Below, piece after piece: positions 44,270 through 53,901 of a stretch of 64,000 nucleotides of DNA. The number at the start of each line of letters is the position of its first letter. Position 1 is the first letter of the stretch. Made by a program: the position numbers and the translations under genes. The DNA is taken from the IMG/VR virus record IMGVR_UViG_3300017963_000253, positions 1-64,000 of that record, one strand, 5' to 3'. The notes under the pieces were generated by a model. It worked only from the letters and a program-made list of their open reading frames with translations, ran no database searches and had not been told where the DNA came from. The DNA comes from a virus.

Positions 44270-45254
44270 CAGTGGGATGCTGGGTCATGTCTTGGACGAG
44301 ACCCTTCGGTCCCTGGGTCACGAGCGGTTGATCCCGAGCGGTCGGAACTGGAAGAGCCCTTCCACCGGGGAGATAGAGCCGGACTTCCGGGACCCTGTAT
44401 ATCTTCGTTGGCTGGAGGGGGCGAACGTGGACGTCTTCTTCCACGCCGGGGCGTTGGTGGGGACGACGCGATGTGAGGCGCACGCGGAGGATGCCTGGAG
44501 CTGCAACGTCGAGGCGGTCCGGAGGATCGCGGATATCCTCTCCCGGCGACGGATCTACACCGTCTTCTACGCCACTGCTGCGGAGATGGAGCCGGGGGAG
44601 TATGGGTTGGACCGGCCTATCGACGTGGGACGGACCCCCCGGAACCCGCTTACCCGTTACGGGATTACGAAGTTGGCGGGGCGGGAGTTGATGGAGGTCC
44701 TTTTCCGGGAGCGTGGTGTGGAGGAACTCCTTCTCCAGGTCTATCCTAGCTTTGGCTTCGGAGGGGCGCGGGACGGGAACTCCTGTGTGGCCGACCTTCT
44801 GAAGTGTGCCCTCGGGGTTTATGACCGCAGACCCTTCCTCCCGCTCGCCCCGGAGAACATCAAGGAGGTCACACCGCACTCCTACATCGCGGAACTTTCC
44901 GTCCGCGCCGCGGAGCGACGTCTCTCTGGGAAGATTCCTATCGCGTCTGGGGTCTGGACCCGTTACGCGGAGATCGTGGAGATGGTCGAGGATGTCACCG
45001 GGGAGAAGTTGGACCCGGAGTGGCGTGCGGACCTGGACTACAAGGGGGACTTCTTACATGTACGGGAGGACGTCTTCTCCTTGGCAGAGGATCTGGGGGT
45101 TCCGGTCCTGACGCGGGTGGAGATCAAAGCGGCTCTCGTGGATGAGATGAACGGGATCCTGAACGCGGAGGGTGCCGGGGTGATGGCGAATCACGAGTGG
45201 CGGTTCGCGGAGAAGCTTGTGGAGGCGTTCCCGGGTTGGGAGGGACGTAGATGA
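44247..45254 (+). CDS. NAD-dependent nucleotide-sugar epimerase/reductase (extended SDR)
   Basis: IVTGSSGMLG, FHAGALVG, NV, catalytic YGITK. Confidence 0.85.
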   Translation: MRYIVTGSSGMLGHVLDETLRSLGHERLIPSGRNWKSPSTGEIEPDFRDPVYLRWLEGANVDVFFHAGALVGTTRCEAHAEDAWSCNVEAVRRIADILSRRRIYTVFYATAAEMEPGEYGLDRPIDVGRTPRNPLTRYGITKLAGRELMEVLFRERGVEELLLQVYPSFGFGGARDGNSCVADLLKCALGVYDRRPFLPLAPENIKEVTPHSYIAELSVRAAERRLSGKIPIASGVWTRYAEIVEMVEDVTGEKLDPEWRADLDYKGDFLHVREDVFSLAEDLGVPVLTRVEIKAALVDEMNGILNAEGAGVMANHEWRFAEKLVEAFPGWEGRR

Positions 45255-45934
45255 TTAGATATTTGAATAAATTAGTTGAAGTATTGACTAATTTGGATAA
45301 CGAAGAGCGTATTGAGGCTTTGAATTTGGTAAAGACGGAGCTTCATAAAATTTCTCCTTTCAAGGCGGAGCCTGTGGATTGTGTGCTTTGGGAGCGTACT
45401 TCTCGTGTAATTGCTAACGATTACAATCCTAATGCTGTTGCTCCTCCGGAAATGGAGTTACTTCGGATTTCGATAGAGTCGGATGGATTCACCCAACCTG
45501 TTGTGACGGATTTCAGTGACGAGTCTGAGGTGTTTGTGGTGGTGGATGGATTTCACCGTAATCGAGTGGCTCGAGAGTGTGAATCTGTGGTGGATAAGTT
45601 GGGTGGTTACCTTCCGATAGTTCAGATACGTGCTGATCAGAAGGGGCGTTCAGATAGAATTGCTTCGACGATTCGTCACAATCGCGCAAGGGGTAAGCAT
45701 CAAATCGCAAAGATGTCTGATATTGTGATTGAATTGAAGCGGAGAAATTGGTCTGACAAGAAGATAGGTCGTGAACTTGGGATGGATCCTGATGAGGTGT
45801 TGCGATTGGCTCAGATTACTGGGTTAGCAGAAGCGTTTCGGGACAAGGAGTTCACTCGGGCCTGGGAGGCAGATTTGAAGTTGGATGACGAGTTGATCGA
45901 GGGATTGGTCGAAGAGGTCGACTTGGATGAGTAG
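45251..45934 (+). CDS. ibrB: ParB-like N-terminal domain protein (IbrB-like)
   Basis: EPVDCVLW, ANDYNPNAVAPPEM.LL..SI..DGFTQP, VVDGFHR, STIRHNRARGKH, LGMD.DEVLRL.Q. Confidence 0.85.
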   Translation: MIRYLNKLVEVLTNLDNEERIEALNLVKTELHKISPFKAEPVDCVLWERTSRVIANDYNPNAVAPPEMELLRISIESDGFTQPVVTDFSDESEVFVVVDGFHRNRVARECESVVDKLGGYLPIVQIRADQKGRSDRIASTIRHNRARGKHQIAKMSDIVIELKRRNWSDKKIGRELGMDPDEVLRLAQITGLAEAFRDKEFTRAWEADLKLDDELIEGLVEEVDLDE

Positions 45935-46343
45935 GTTGGAAACGATAGATTTTGAGAGAGTTCAACCTGGTAGAGTTTACTTTCATTACTTGGATTTGGA
46001 GGAGTATCACGCCGGGTTTTGGAAGTCTGTTTACAATCGGGATATTAAGGCGCGCTTGACTGCTACTTCGGTTAAGATTTTGCGGGATCGGGATATTTTT
46101 AGTGGTGCAGTTCAACGTGTGATAAAGGAGTGGCCAAACTCTTGTCTAGCGGAATTTACTGCTCCTGGAAATCACAGGGCTTGGTTGGGTCAGGCTGCGT
46201 GCTGTCTCGTTGCTGGTGTTCCGGAGAACCTGACTCGGTTAGCGTGGTGGAAGTTAACTGAGGTCCAAAGAATCGCCGCTAACGATATTGCGGAGATTGC
46301 TATTCGAGATTGGAGGATAAGACGTGTTGAAACGAAGACTTGA
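45927..46343 (+). CDS. hypothetical protein of the IbrAB module
   Basis: Overlaps both neighbours, same low GC; WPNSC...N.RAWLGQAAC...W..L motif. Confidence 0.7.
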   Translation: MSRLETIDFERVQPGRVYFHYLDLEEYHAGFWKSVYNRDIKARLTATSVKILRDRDIFSGAVQRVIKEWPNSCLAEFTAPGNHRAWLGQAACCLVAGVPENLTRLAWWKLTEVQRIAANDIAEIAIRDWRIRRVETKT

Positions 46344-47556
46344 GATCAACGTCTTGGAGGCAGCTCGGGAACGGATAGCGCGGGTTTTCGACGATTTTGA
46401 GAGAATTTATGTGGCGTTTAGTGGGGGTAAGGACTCAACTGTGATGATGCACTTGGCGTGTGAAGAGGCACGCCGTCGGGAGTGTAGAGTTGGGATCTTA
46501 ATGGTGGATTTGGAAGGTTACTTTGAAATCACGGTGAAACACTGCGTTGAAATGTTTGAAATGTACGCGGATGTGATAGAGCCGTTTTGGATTTGTCTTC
46601 CGATTCACCTTCGTAATGCAGTGAGTGTGTTTGAGCCGTTTTGGGTTTGTTGGGATCCTAAAGCAGAAGGGGCTTGGGTTCGACGACCTCCAAAGGAAGC
46701 GATTGTTGATTCAGGGTACTTTCCTTTTTTCCGTGAAGGTATGGAGTTTGAGGAATTTGTGCCGCTATTTGGGGATTGGTACGCAGATGGGAAGCGGTGT
46801 GCGTGTCTTGTGGGTATCCGCACGGACGAGAGTTTGAATCGCTTTCGAACAATTGCGATTTCCCAAAAGGAGAGATTTGAGGGTCTTTCTTGGACGACGA
46901 AGATCACCAAGGATCTCTATAACGTATACCCTATTTACGATTGGTCTGTTGAAGATATTTGGGTATATCACGCGAAGTTTGGAGATAAGCCTCACAATCG
47001 GCTGTACGATTTGATGCACCAAGCGGGTATGACGCCTTCCCAGATGCGAATTTGTCAACCTTATGGAGACGATCAAAGGCGTAACTTGTGGCTATTTCAC
47101 ATTATCGAACCTAAGACTTGGGCCAGGATTGTTGCACGTGTGAATGGTGCTAATGGGGGAGCACTTTATATTCAGGAGTGGGGAAATATTAATGGTTATC
47201 GAAAGATAACTAAACCTGTTGGGCATACTTGGAGAAGTTTCTCAGAACTCCTCGTGGCTTCGATGCCAGAAAAGTCAAAGATTCACTATCGTAACAAGAT
47301 CCTTCTTTTTGAAAAGTGGTGGACAGAGCGTGGTTACCCTGAAGGGATTCCTGATGAGGCGGATCCACGAATGGAGGCTAATCGCAAAGCTCCAAGTTGG
47401 CGGAGAGTATGTAAATCGTTACTTAGAAACGATTATTGGTGTAAGGGACTTGGATTTAGTCAGCAGAAGAGTGCTGCCTACAAGGCTTACTTGGAGTTGA
47501 TGAAGCGGCGGAAGAAATCTTGGGGTGTCAGTGATGTTAAGTTGGGGTTTGTATGA
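46324..47556 (+). CDS. ibrA: PAPS reductase/PP-loop family protein with DUF3440 (IbrA-like)
   Basis: FSGGKDS, LVGIRTDESLNR, YPIYDW...DIW, MRICQPYG, RVNGAN, PSWRR.CK.LL.ND.WC. Confidence 0.88.
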   Translation: MLKRRLEINVLEAARERIARVFDDFERIYVAFSGGKDSTVMMHLACEEARRRECRVGILMVDLEGYFEITVKHCVEMFEMYADVIEPFWICLPIHLRNAVSVFEPFWVCWDPKAEGAWVRRPPKEAIVDSGYFPFFREGMEFEEFVPLFGDWYADGKRCACLVGIRTDESLNRFRTIAISQKERFEGLSWTTKITKDLYNVYPIYDWSVEDIWVYHAKFGDKPHNRLYDLMHQAGMTPSQMRICQPYGDDQRRNLWLFHIIEPKTWARIVARVNGANGGALYIQEWGNINGYRKITKPVGHTWRSFSELLVASMPEKSKIHYRNKILLFEKWWTERGYPEGIPDEADPRMEANRKAPSWRRVCKSLLRNDYWCKGLGFSQQKSAAYKAYLELMKRRKKSWGVSDVKLGFV

Positions 47557-50480
47557 GAAGTCCACGTGTTAAGAGACTTCAAGAGAACGGGTTTCGATCT
47601 GGAGCTTCTCTTGTAGCTGATGCGGACACTCAGGCGTTTGCGGAGGATCAAGTAGAGCACCGCGCGCAGTACCAGCAGACCGCTGCGTCCGTGGAGGAGG
47701 TCAAGGACAAGCGGAGCGTTGAGGACCTCCAGGACGCTACGGACTTCGACGACTTGAAGAAGGCGGCTTGGACCTTCAATCCGGGGACGGAGTACTACCA
47801 CGGGTGGTCGGAGGGAAACGACATAATCTTACTTCGGAGGGATCCGGAGACGGGGCGGCGGATCCGGGAGATTCACCCGTTTGAGTGGTACTTCTACGTC
47901 ACTCGGGAGGACTATGAGAGTGTACCCAAGGATTCCTGGGATTGGCTCTGTAGTTGTGGAACGCTCGCGGAGAAGGTGGTTCCGGACGAGAACTATCCTG
48001 ATTTGTACTATCGGGTTTACGTAAAGAACCCTGTTCCGAAGTTGGATAAGAAGAGGATCTTTTCGAATGTCGGAGATCCGGATCGTGGTGCGAATTGGGC
48101 GATTCCTTTCTATCGAGGTGAGAGTTCAAGATCTATCAGATGGCCACGGGACCGGGAGAAGTGGACGAGAGTTCACAAAGTGATCAATTGGTGTGAGCGA
48201 AAGGGAGTGACACCGTTGGAGGCGGATCTTACGCCGAAGCAGCGGTTTCTCACGGATTACGATATAACGATCACTCCGAAATTTCGGATAGGGTTCTTCG
48301 ATATTGAGACGGATGACTCTGTTGGAGGGTTCGATAAGAAGGAGCAGTGTCGAATTCTCTCAATAGCTTGGGAGGGGGACCGCTTCGAGGAAGATCCAAC
48401 TGATTGTGGATTCTTGTTGCTACAGGAGGAGACGGACGAGGCTGAGAAGAAGTTGCTTTTGGAGTTCAAGCGTAGTTGCGTCAATAAATACGACGTATTG
48501 TCGGCTTGGAATGGGACTGGGTTTGACTTTCCTGTTCTATTCTATCGGTTTTGGAAGCACAAAATTCGAATCGACTGGCGTTATCACCTCTTTGCAGATC
48601 CGCTTCCTATCTTCAAGCGGCACTACGTTAGAGCCGGAGGGGATGCGATTTCCTACTCCCTTGATTCTATCGGGGAGAAGGTTCTGAAGATGAATAAGAT
48701 CGACTGGAGGACGATCTTTCGGAAACGTCACCCTGGGGTGGTCCCGAAGTTCATCAACCTCTACCGGCACGACCCGGAGCTTTTGGAGGAGTACAACCGT
48801 CTGGACGCCACAATCCTCCGGAAGCTGGAGGCGTTCACCGGGTTCGTGGCGATCGAGCAGATCTTCTGCCGGATTGCGAACGGGTTCCCGAACGATTTTC
48901 AGATTTCGACTAAGGTGGACCAGCTCTTACTGAAGAAGGGGTTCAAGGAGGGGCATCACTTCCCGACGAGATACTGGTCTCCTGGTAAGCCGGAGAAGTA
49001 CGAAGGAGCTTACGTATTTCCGCCGGTTCGCGGGATGCACCGGAACGTTGCCGCGTTTGACTTCAAGAGCCTGTACCCCTCGATGATCTCCAGTTTCAAT
49101 ATCTCCCCGGAGACAATCGTGAAGGAGGAGAACAGGGCGGATTTTGAGGAGAAGGACCTTTGCAGGATCCCGGAACTTGATTTGGAGCGGGAGGACGGGG
49201 ACGGGGAGATAGAGGTCTTGCAGAAGGGTGGTTCCACCTTCAGGTTGGACAAGCAGGGGTACCTCTCGCAGATGTTTGAGCGTACTTTGATGAGGAGGAA
49301 GAAGTACCAGGACCTTCAGAAGGAGCGTTTGAAGGTCACCGGGACGACTCAGGACGATCTCTTCCTCCTCTACTATCGCTTGGCTTACTCCTTCAAGCGG
49401 TTGGGGTTATCCTTCTACGGAGATATCGGGAACTCCAGGTCCAGGTTCTACGACACTGAGGTGGCGGAGGCGATCACTCTCTCTGGTCAGTTCTTTATCA
49501 AGGAAACAGCTAAATACGCCCAAGAGTGCGGAATGATTCCACTTTATGGGGACACCGATTCCATCTACGTCCAGTTAGCACCTACTGAACAGGAGTGGGA
49601 TTCGCAGGAGGAGCGGATCGCGGAGTTGAACGAAATTGGGGAACGCTTCGTGGAGTATTGTCAGGAGCGTTATCTGAAGATCCTCAAGGAGCACAATTGC
49701 AACCTGGATTGGAACCTTATCTTCCTGGAGTTCGAGGACACCTACGACCGGATTTTCTTCATCGTCAAGAAGCGGTACGCCGGGAGGATGCTCTCCCACA
49801 AGGGGGGGAAGACGGACCACGTGGAGGTCAAGGGTCTCGAGGTGATGCGGAGCGATTGCTCCGGGAAAACGCGGGCGCTTCAGCAAGCGGTGTTGGACGG
49901 AATTCTCATGACGGGGATGACCGCGGAGCAGCTGGAGCGGGAACTGATAGAGCCGGAGTTCAACAGGTGCGTCTCCGGTGAACTTACCGTGGACGAGGTC
50001 TGCATCGGGAAGGGGATCTCCAAGGAGCCGGAGAAGTACAAGACGACCCCGCTCCACGTGGCTTTGGCACAGGAGATCAAGGACCACGGGCGGGAGTTCT
50101 TCGTTGGGATGAAGGTGGAGTACGTGGTCACCGGGGTGAAGCCGAAGCTCCAGGGCGTGACGCGAGAGGAGTACGAGGACTCGAACGGGGAGTTGGTTTA
50201 CGACCCGGAGTACTACTGGGATCGGGTGGTCTACCCCGCCTCGATGAGGATCCTGGAGGTCTGTTACCCGGAGAAGGACTGGACTCGCTGGAAGGTGGCG
50301 GACAATCGGAGGCGGCGGAAATTGGTGGACCGCTACAAGATCTGGTTAGCTGACCCGAAGCGGGTAGAGAAGGCGCTCCTCCAGATCCGGGAGAATAAGC
50401 GTGGACTCCTAGGACCGCCGGAACTGGCGGAACTCCGGACCGCGCCCCGCGTCCGCATCTTGGATAGGAGTGAGGGATGA
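47553..50480 (+). CDS. family B DNA polymerase with 3'-5' exonuclease
   Basis: FDIETD, WNGTGFDFP, YNRLD; DFKSLYPS, variant KRLGLSFYG, YGDTDS, KKRYAG, KGLE..RSD. Confidence 0.95.
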   Translation: MRSPRVKRLQENGFRSGASLVADADTQAFAEDQVEHRAQYQQTAASVEEVKDKRSVEDLQDATDFDDLKKAAWTFNPGTEYYHGWSEGNDIILLRRDPETGRRIREIHPFEWYFYVTREDYESVPKDSWDWLCSCGTLAEKVVPDENYPDLYYRVYVKNPVPKLDKKRIFSNVGDPDRGANWAIPFYRGESSRSIRWPRDREKWTRVHKVINWCERKGVTPLEADLTPKQRFLTDYDITITPKFRIGFFDIETDDSVGGFDKKEQCRILSIAWEGDRFEEDPTDCGFLLLQEETDEAEKKLLLEFKRSCVNKYDVLSAWNGTGFDFPVLFYRFWKHKIRIDWRYHLFADPLPIFKRHYVRAGGDAISYSLDSIGEKVLKMNKIDWRTIFRKRHPGVVPKFINLYRHDPELLEEYNRLDATILRKLEAFTGFVAIEQIFCRIANGFPNDFQISTKVDQLLLKKGFKEGHHFPTRYWSPGKPEKYEGAYVFPPVRGMHRNVAAFDFKSLYPSMISSFNISPETIVKEENRADFEEKDLCRIPELDLEREDGDGEIEVLQKGGSTFRLDKQGYLSQMFERTLMRRKKYQDLQKERLKVTGTTQDDLFLLYYRLAYSFKRLGLSFYGDIGNSRSRFYDTEVAEAITLSGQFFIKETAKYAQECGMIPLYGDTDSIYVQLAPTEQEWDSQEERIAELNEIGERFVEYCQERYLKILKEHNCNLDWNLIFLEFEDTYDRIFFIVKKRYAGRMLSHKGGKTDHVEVKGLEVMRSDCSGKTRALQQAVLDGILMTGMTAEQLERELIEPEFNRCVSGELTVDEVCIGKGISKEPEKYKTTPLHVALAQEIKDHGREFFVGMKVEYVVTGVKPKLQGVTREEYEDSNGELVYDPEYYWDRVVYPASMRILEVCYPEKDWTRWKVADNRRRRKLVDRYKIWLADPKRVEKALLQIRENKRGLLGPPELAELRTAPRVRILDRSEG

Positions 50481-51076
50481 AGCGCGCAAGGACCAAGAAG
50501 CTCAGCTCTAAGGCGGCGCTGGAGGAGCACCAGAAGCGGGGGGAGCGGTTCGGCTTCCTCCGGCAGCGACTCGCCCGGGTGGACGTGGAGGAGGTCTGGG
50601 AGACCCTGGAGGAGGCCCTCTCCCTGGGGGAGGGGCGGGGGAACGCGGAGCGGATCCTCCGGGCGCTGGATACGACGGAGGCCAACCTCCGGCGGGCCGG
50701 GATGCTCCTCCAGGTCGCGATCGAGGAGCTGGACGAGTTCGACATCCACTGGAGGGCCGCTTACGCGGAGTGGTCCCGGCACGCGCGGGACGCGCTGGAG
50801 CGGGACAAGAAGGAGAAGCGGATGTCCGGTCAGATCACCACGGAGGTGATCGAGAACTGGATCGCGGAGAACCTCCCGGACTACACCCAGTGGAGGCGCG
50901 CTCGCCGGGACCTGGAGCGCAACCGGAACTTGATGAAGCACATGTTCGCCGCGTGGGAGTTCCGCTCCGCCTCTCTTCGGAAGCAGGCGGATCTGGTGGA
51001 GCGGAGACGCGGCGTGGACACTAATATGCTGCCCCGGAGGGGCGAGAGCAAAGGAGAACGACGTGGGACTGAGTAA
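50477..51076 (+). CDS. helical protein, possible UvsY-like recombination mediator
   Basis: Long amphipathic helices; located among polymerase, RecA and SbcCD genes. Confidence 0.4.
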   Translation: MKRARTKKLSSKAALEEHQKRGERFGFLRQRLARVDVEEVWETLEEALSLGEGRGNAERILRALDTTEANLRRAGMLLQVAIEELDEFDIHWRAAYAEWSRHARDALERDKKEKRMSGQITTEVIENWIAENLPDYTQWRRARRDLERNRNLMKHMFAAWEFRSASLRKQADLVERRRGVDTNMLPRRGESKGERRGTE

Positions 51077-52472
51077 AGAGCAGCGCCTGGAGCGGGCGCG
51101 GAAGCGGCACGAGCAGCTCCGGAAGGCGACCAAGACCCGGGGTCTGACGGACCGGATGGACTGGAAGCCGAAGTCGAAGATCGTCCTTCACCCGGATTCA
51201 GACATCGTGGACCGACTCCGCGTCTGGTTCCCCGTCCTCCTGGAGGACGACGAGGAGAAGGAGGAGAAGCGCGGGAAGAAGGGGAAGAAGGGGAAGAAGG
51301 GGAAGAAGAAGCGGAAGAGCAACGTGGTTAACATCCCCTTCAACGTCCCGGACGACCCGGCGCTATGCCCGTTCACTCAACTCCGGGAGAAGCTGGAGGA
51401 GGACGAGGAGATCGACGAGGAGGATACGGTCATCTCCGTTGGGAGCGGGCGGGACAAGGTCGAACTCTGCAAGGGGGAGATCCTCGCCTGGGACGGGTAC
51501 GACTTCCGGAAGAGTTTGAAGCCCCAAGCGGACTTCGTCACCGTTGCCGTGAAGATCGAGGACGCCAAGAAGAATCGCCCGGATACTCTGAAGGCGGAGA
51601 CGCTCGCCGCCGCCAAGTCCCTTGGGAACGAGATCCGGAAGGAGATCGAGAGCGAGGTGGACGAGGGCGGAGAGGAGGCGTCCCCGTTCTTCGTTCCGTA
51701 CCCGTTTCTGATCAAGTTTGATGAGGCGGAGCGCGGGTCTGACATGTACTCCGCGCGGGCGATGTCGAATAAGGTCTCCGAGGTAGAGGAGGACGTGGAA
51801 CTCCAGGAGATCCTGAACGCGGAGCCTCCTTCTCTGGAGTCCGAGTTGGAGTTGGCGGACCTCGAGAAGTGCGTGGAGATGATCAACGATGCCATCGTGA
51901 TAGATGGACTCTCCGTGGAGCTGAAGGGGGAGGGTCGGAAGCGCCGCAAGAAGAAGCAGGAAGAGCAGGAGCAGGAGGAGGAAGAGCCGAAGGAGGAGGA
52001 GGTCGAGGAATCGGAGAAAGAGGAACCGGAGGAGGAAGAGCAGGAGCAGGAGGAGGAAGAACCGGAGGAGGACGAGGAGGAAGAGCAGGAGCAGGAGGAG
52101 GAAGAGCCGAAGGAGGAAGAGGAGGACGAGGTAGCGCGAGCGGAGAGGATGCTTGCGGAGGCTAAGGCAAAGAAGGAGGCCAAGGCAAAGAAGGAGGCCA
52201 AGGCAAAGAAGGAGGCCAAGGCAAAGAAGGACTCCGAGGCAAAGAAGGACTCCGAGGAGAAGCCGAAGAAGACCGCGAAGCGGAAAAAGAAGGTCGAGAA
52301 GAAGAAGGTCGAGAAGAAGGAGGACGGGGAGGAACTTGGTTGGGAGCCGGGGGAGGATGAGGATTTCGACATCTGTCCTAAGTGCCGGAAGAAGGTCCCT
52401 ACGGACGCGATGGAGTGCCCTCACCCCACCTGTGATGCCGTCTACGCCCCGGAAGATGGGGACCCGTTCTAG
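51063..52472 (+). CDS. hypothetical protein with acidic/basic repeats and C-terminal zinc ribbon (possible phage SSB)
   Basis: Globular N-terminus, E-rich and AKKEAK repeats, CPKC...CPHPTC, ends EDGDPF. Confidence 0.6.
   Translation: MGLSKEQRLERARKRHEQLRKATKTRGLTDRMDWKPKSKIVLHPDSDIVDRLRVWFPVLLEDDEEKEEKRGKKGKKGKKGKKKRKSNVVNIPFNVPDDPALCPFTQLREKLEEDEEIDEEDTVISVGSGRDKVELCKGEILAWDGYDFRKSLKPQADFVTVAVKIEDAKKNRPDTLKAETLAAAKSLGNEIRKEIESEVDEGGEEASPFFVPYPFLIKFDEAERGSDMYSARAMSNKVSEVEEDVELQEILNAEPPSLESELELADLEKCVEMINDAIVIDGLSVELKGEGRKRRKKKQEEQEQEEEEPKEEEVEESEKEEPEEEEQEQEEEEPEEDEEEEQEQEEEEPKEEEEDEVARAERMLAEAKAKKEAKAKKEAKAKKEAKAKKDSEAKKDSEEKPKKTAKRKKKVEKKKVEKKEDGEELGWEPGEDEDFDICPKCRKKVPTDAMECPHPTCDAVYAPEDGDPF
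51958..52253 (+). repeat. coding tandem repeats
   Basis: About 32-bp unit AGGAAGAGCAGGAGCAGGAGGAGGAAGARCCG at 51958, 52033, 52078; five 18-bp units (A/G)AGGCAAAGAAGGA(GGCC/CTCC) at 52164-52253. Confidence 0.85.
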
Positions 52473-52474
52473 GG

Positions 52475-53611
52475 ATGGCGGAGAAGAAAACCCGGAGGAC
52501 TAAGGCGGAGGGGGGTTCTCCTCCGTCTAAGTCCCCTCCGGTCTCGAAGAGGAGCAAGCAACTATCCCGGGCGATCCGCTCGATGGAGGGCTTTCAGATC
52601 TGGTCGGAGGTTCCGCCGCCGCTGGTCTGCCCTACCAGGATCACCTCCCTGAACCGCGGGATGAAGTGCGGGGGGATCCCCGGGGGGATGCTCGGGGTCC
52701 TCCACGGACCGTCCCAGGGTGGGAAGACGCTCCTCCTCGCGGAGATCCTCTACTCCGTCTGGGCCTCTGGGGGCTGGGGACTCTTCGGGGACGCGGAGTG
52801 TCGCGGGGTGGACCTGAAGTGGTTCTCCACGATTTGCGGGTCCCTGGACGAGGTGGCGTATTGTAAGCCTAAGACGTTCGAGCAGTTCATCGCGCAGGTT
52901 GAGGAGTTCCGCGGGAAGTTCCGGGTAGCGAAGGAGAAGGGGGAGGTCCCACCCGGGGCGTTTCTGGGGATCGGAATAGACTCCGTCAACCGGCTGACAC
53001 CGCGGACGGAGCTGGAGGAACTTCTGAAGGGGAAGGTGGAGGCGCGGGGGTACCCGCTCCGGGCGCTCCTGACCTCGAAGTGGTTGGACAAGATCATCCC
53101 GACGTTGGAGCGGGACGAGATCCTAGCCTGCGTGATGCGGGAGGGGAAGAAGCTGGACGCGATGCCCGGGCAGAAGACCTACACGGTCAAGGGCGGCGTT
53201 GCGGCGATCTACGACGGGGGTTGGATCCTCCGGGTAACGTCCGCCACTAAGATCCGGGCGGAGGACAAGGGAGAGAAGAAGGGACCTTTGATTGGGGAGA
53301 AGCACGAGATCGAGGTCCTGAAGAACTCCCTGGGGCCGCACCTGGAGGAACTGGCTTATTTCTACTCCTCCGTCGGGGCGAAGAATCAGACCCCGTTGGG
53401 GTTGGACTTCGCGCGGGAGGTCCGGGAGGAGAGTCTGACCCGCGGCTTAGTGAAGTACAAGGCGTCGAAGGGGTACTTCAAGGACGGGGAGGTCATCGCG
53501 GCTAGTAAGAGGGATTACCTCAAGTGGCTCCAGTCTCCGGCGTCGGACGGGGAGCTAAACTGGTACAAGGTATCGGAGGAGCTGAACGGTGAGTTCAACG
53601 AAGAAGGGTAG
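52475..53611 (+). CDS. RecA/UvsX-like recombinase
   Basis: PT.ITSLN....GGIPGG...LHGPSQGGKT, DAE, IDSV..L.P..E, GG.A..Y, V.KN. Confidence 0.85.
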   Translation: MAEKKTRRTKAEGGSPPSKSPPVSKRSKQLSRAIRSMEGFQIWSEVPPPLVCPTRITSLNRGMKCGGIPGGMLGVLHGPSQGGKTLLLAEILYSVWASGGWGLFGDAECRGVDLKWFSTICGSLDEVAYCKPKTFEQFIAQVEEFRGKFRVAKEKGEVPPGAFLGIGIDSVNRLTPRTELEELLKGKVEARGYPLRALLTSKWLDKIIPTLERDEILACVMREGKKLDAMPGQKTYTVKGGVAAIYDGGWILRVTSATKIRAEDKGEKKGPLIGEKHEIEVLKNSLGPHLEELAYFYSSVGAKNQTPLGLDFAREVREESLTRGLVKYKASKGYFKDGEVIAASKRDYLKWLQSPASDGELNWYKVSEELNGEFNEEG

Positions 53612-53900
53612 TACTGCGGCGGGGAGGTTAGCGCTGTTTACCGCGGCGCTGAATTACGCCAAGGACCTGGGAAGGGCGGATCCACTGGACGTGAATCAAA
53701 TTTTGGGGCGTGTAGTCCGGGCGGTCAATGGAGTTGGGGACTTCCCGGAGGACGACCGGAAGCTGGTGAAGCTCTCCGCCGCCGCGGTCGCCTTCTACCG
53801 GGAGGTCCGGCGGATCTGCGCCGGTCCCGTAGAGTTGGATCTCCGGGAGGAGGAGGTCCTTCAGGCGGTCCTCCAGCACCTCCGGGAGGCGGGGAACTGA
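53589..53900 (+). CDS. hypothetical protein
   Basis: 103 aa ORF tiling between RecA and the nuclease. Confidence 0.5.
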   Translation: MSSTKKGSTAAGRLALFTAALNYAKDLGRADPLDVNQILGRVVRAVNGVGDFPEDDRKLVKLSAAAVAFYREVRRICAGPVELDLREEEVLQAVLQHLREAGN

Positions 53901-53901
53901 G

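Noticed and set aside
45251-45934. ParB as a plasmid partition system
   Set aside because: Motifs and linkage match IbrB-type ParB-N proteins; no ParA nearby
51958-52253. Possible CRISPR array
   Set aside because: In-frame coding repeats with no unique spacers and no cas genes
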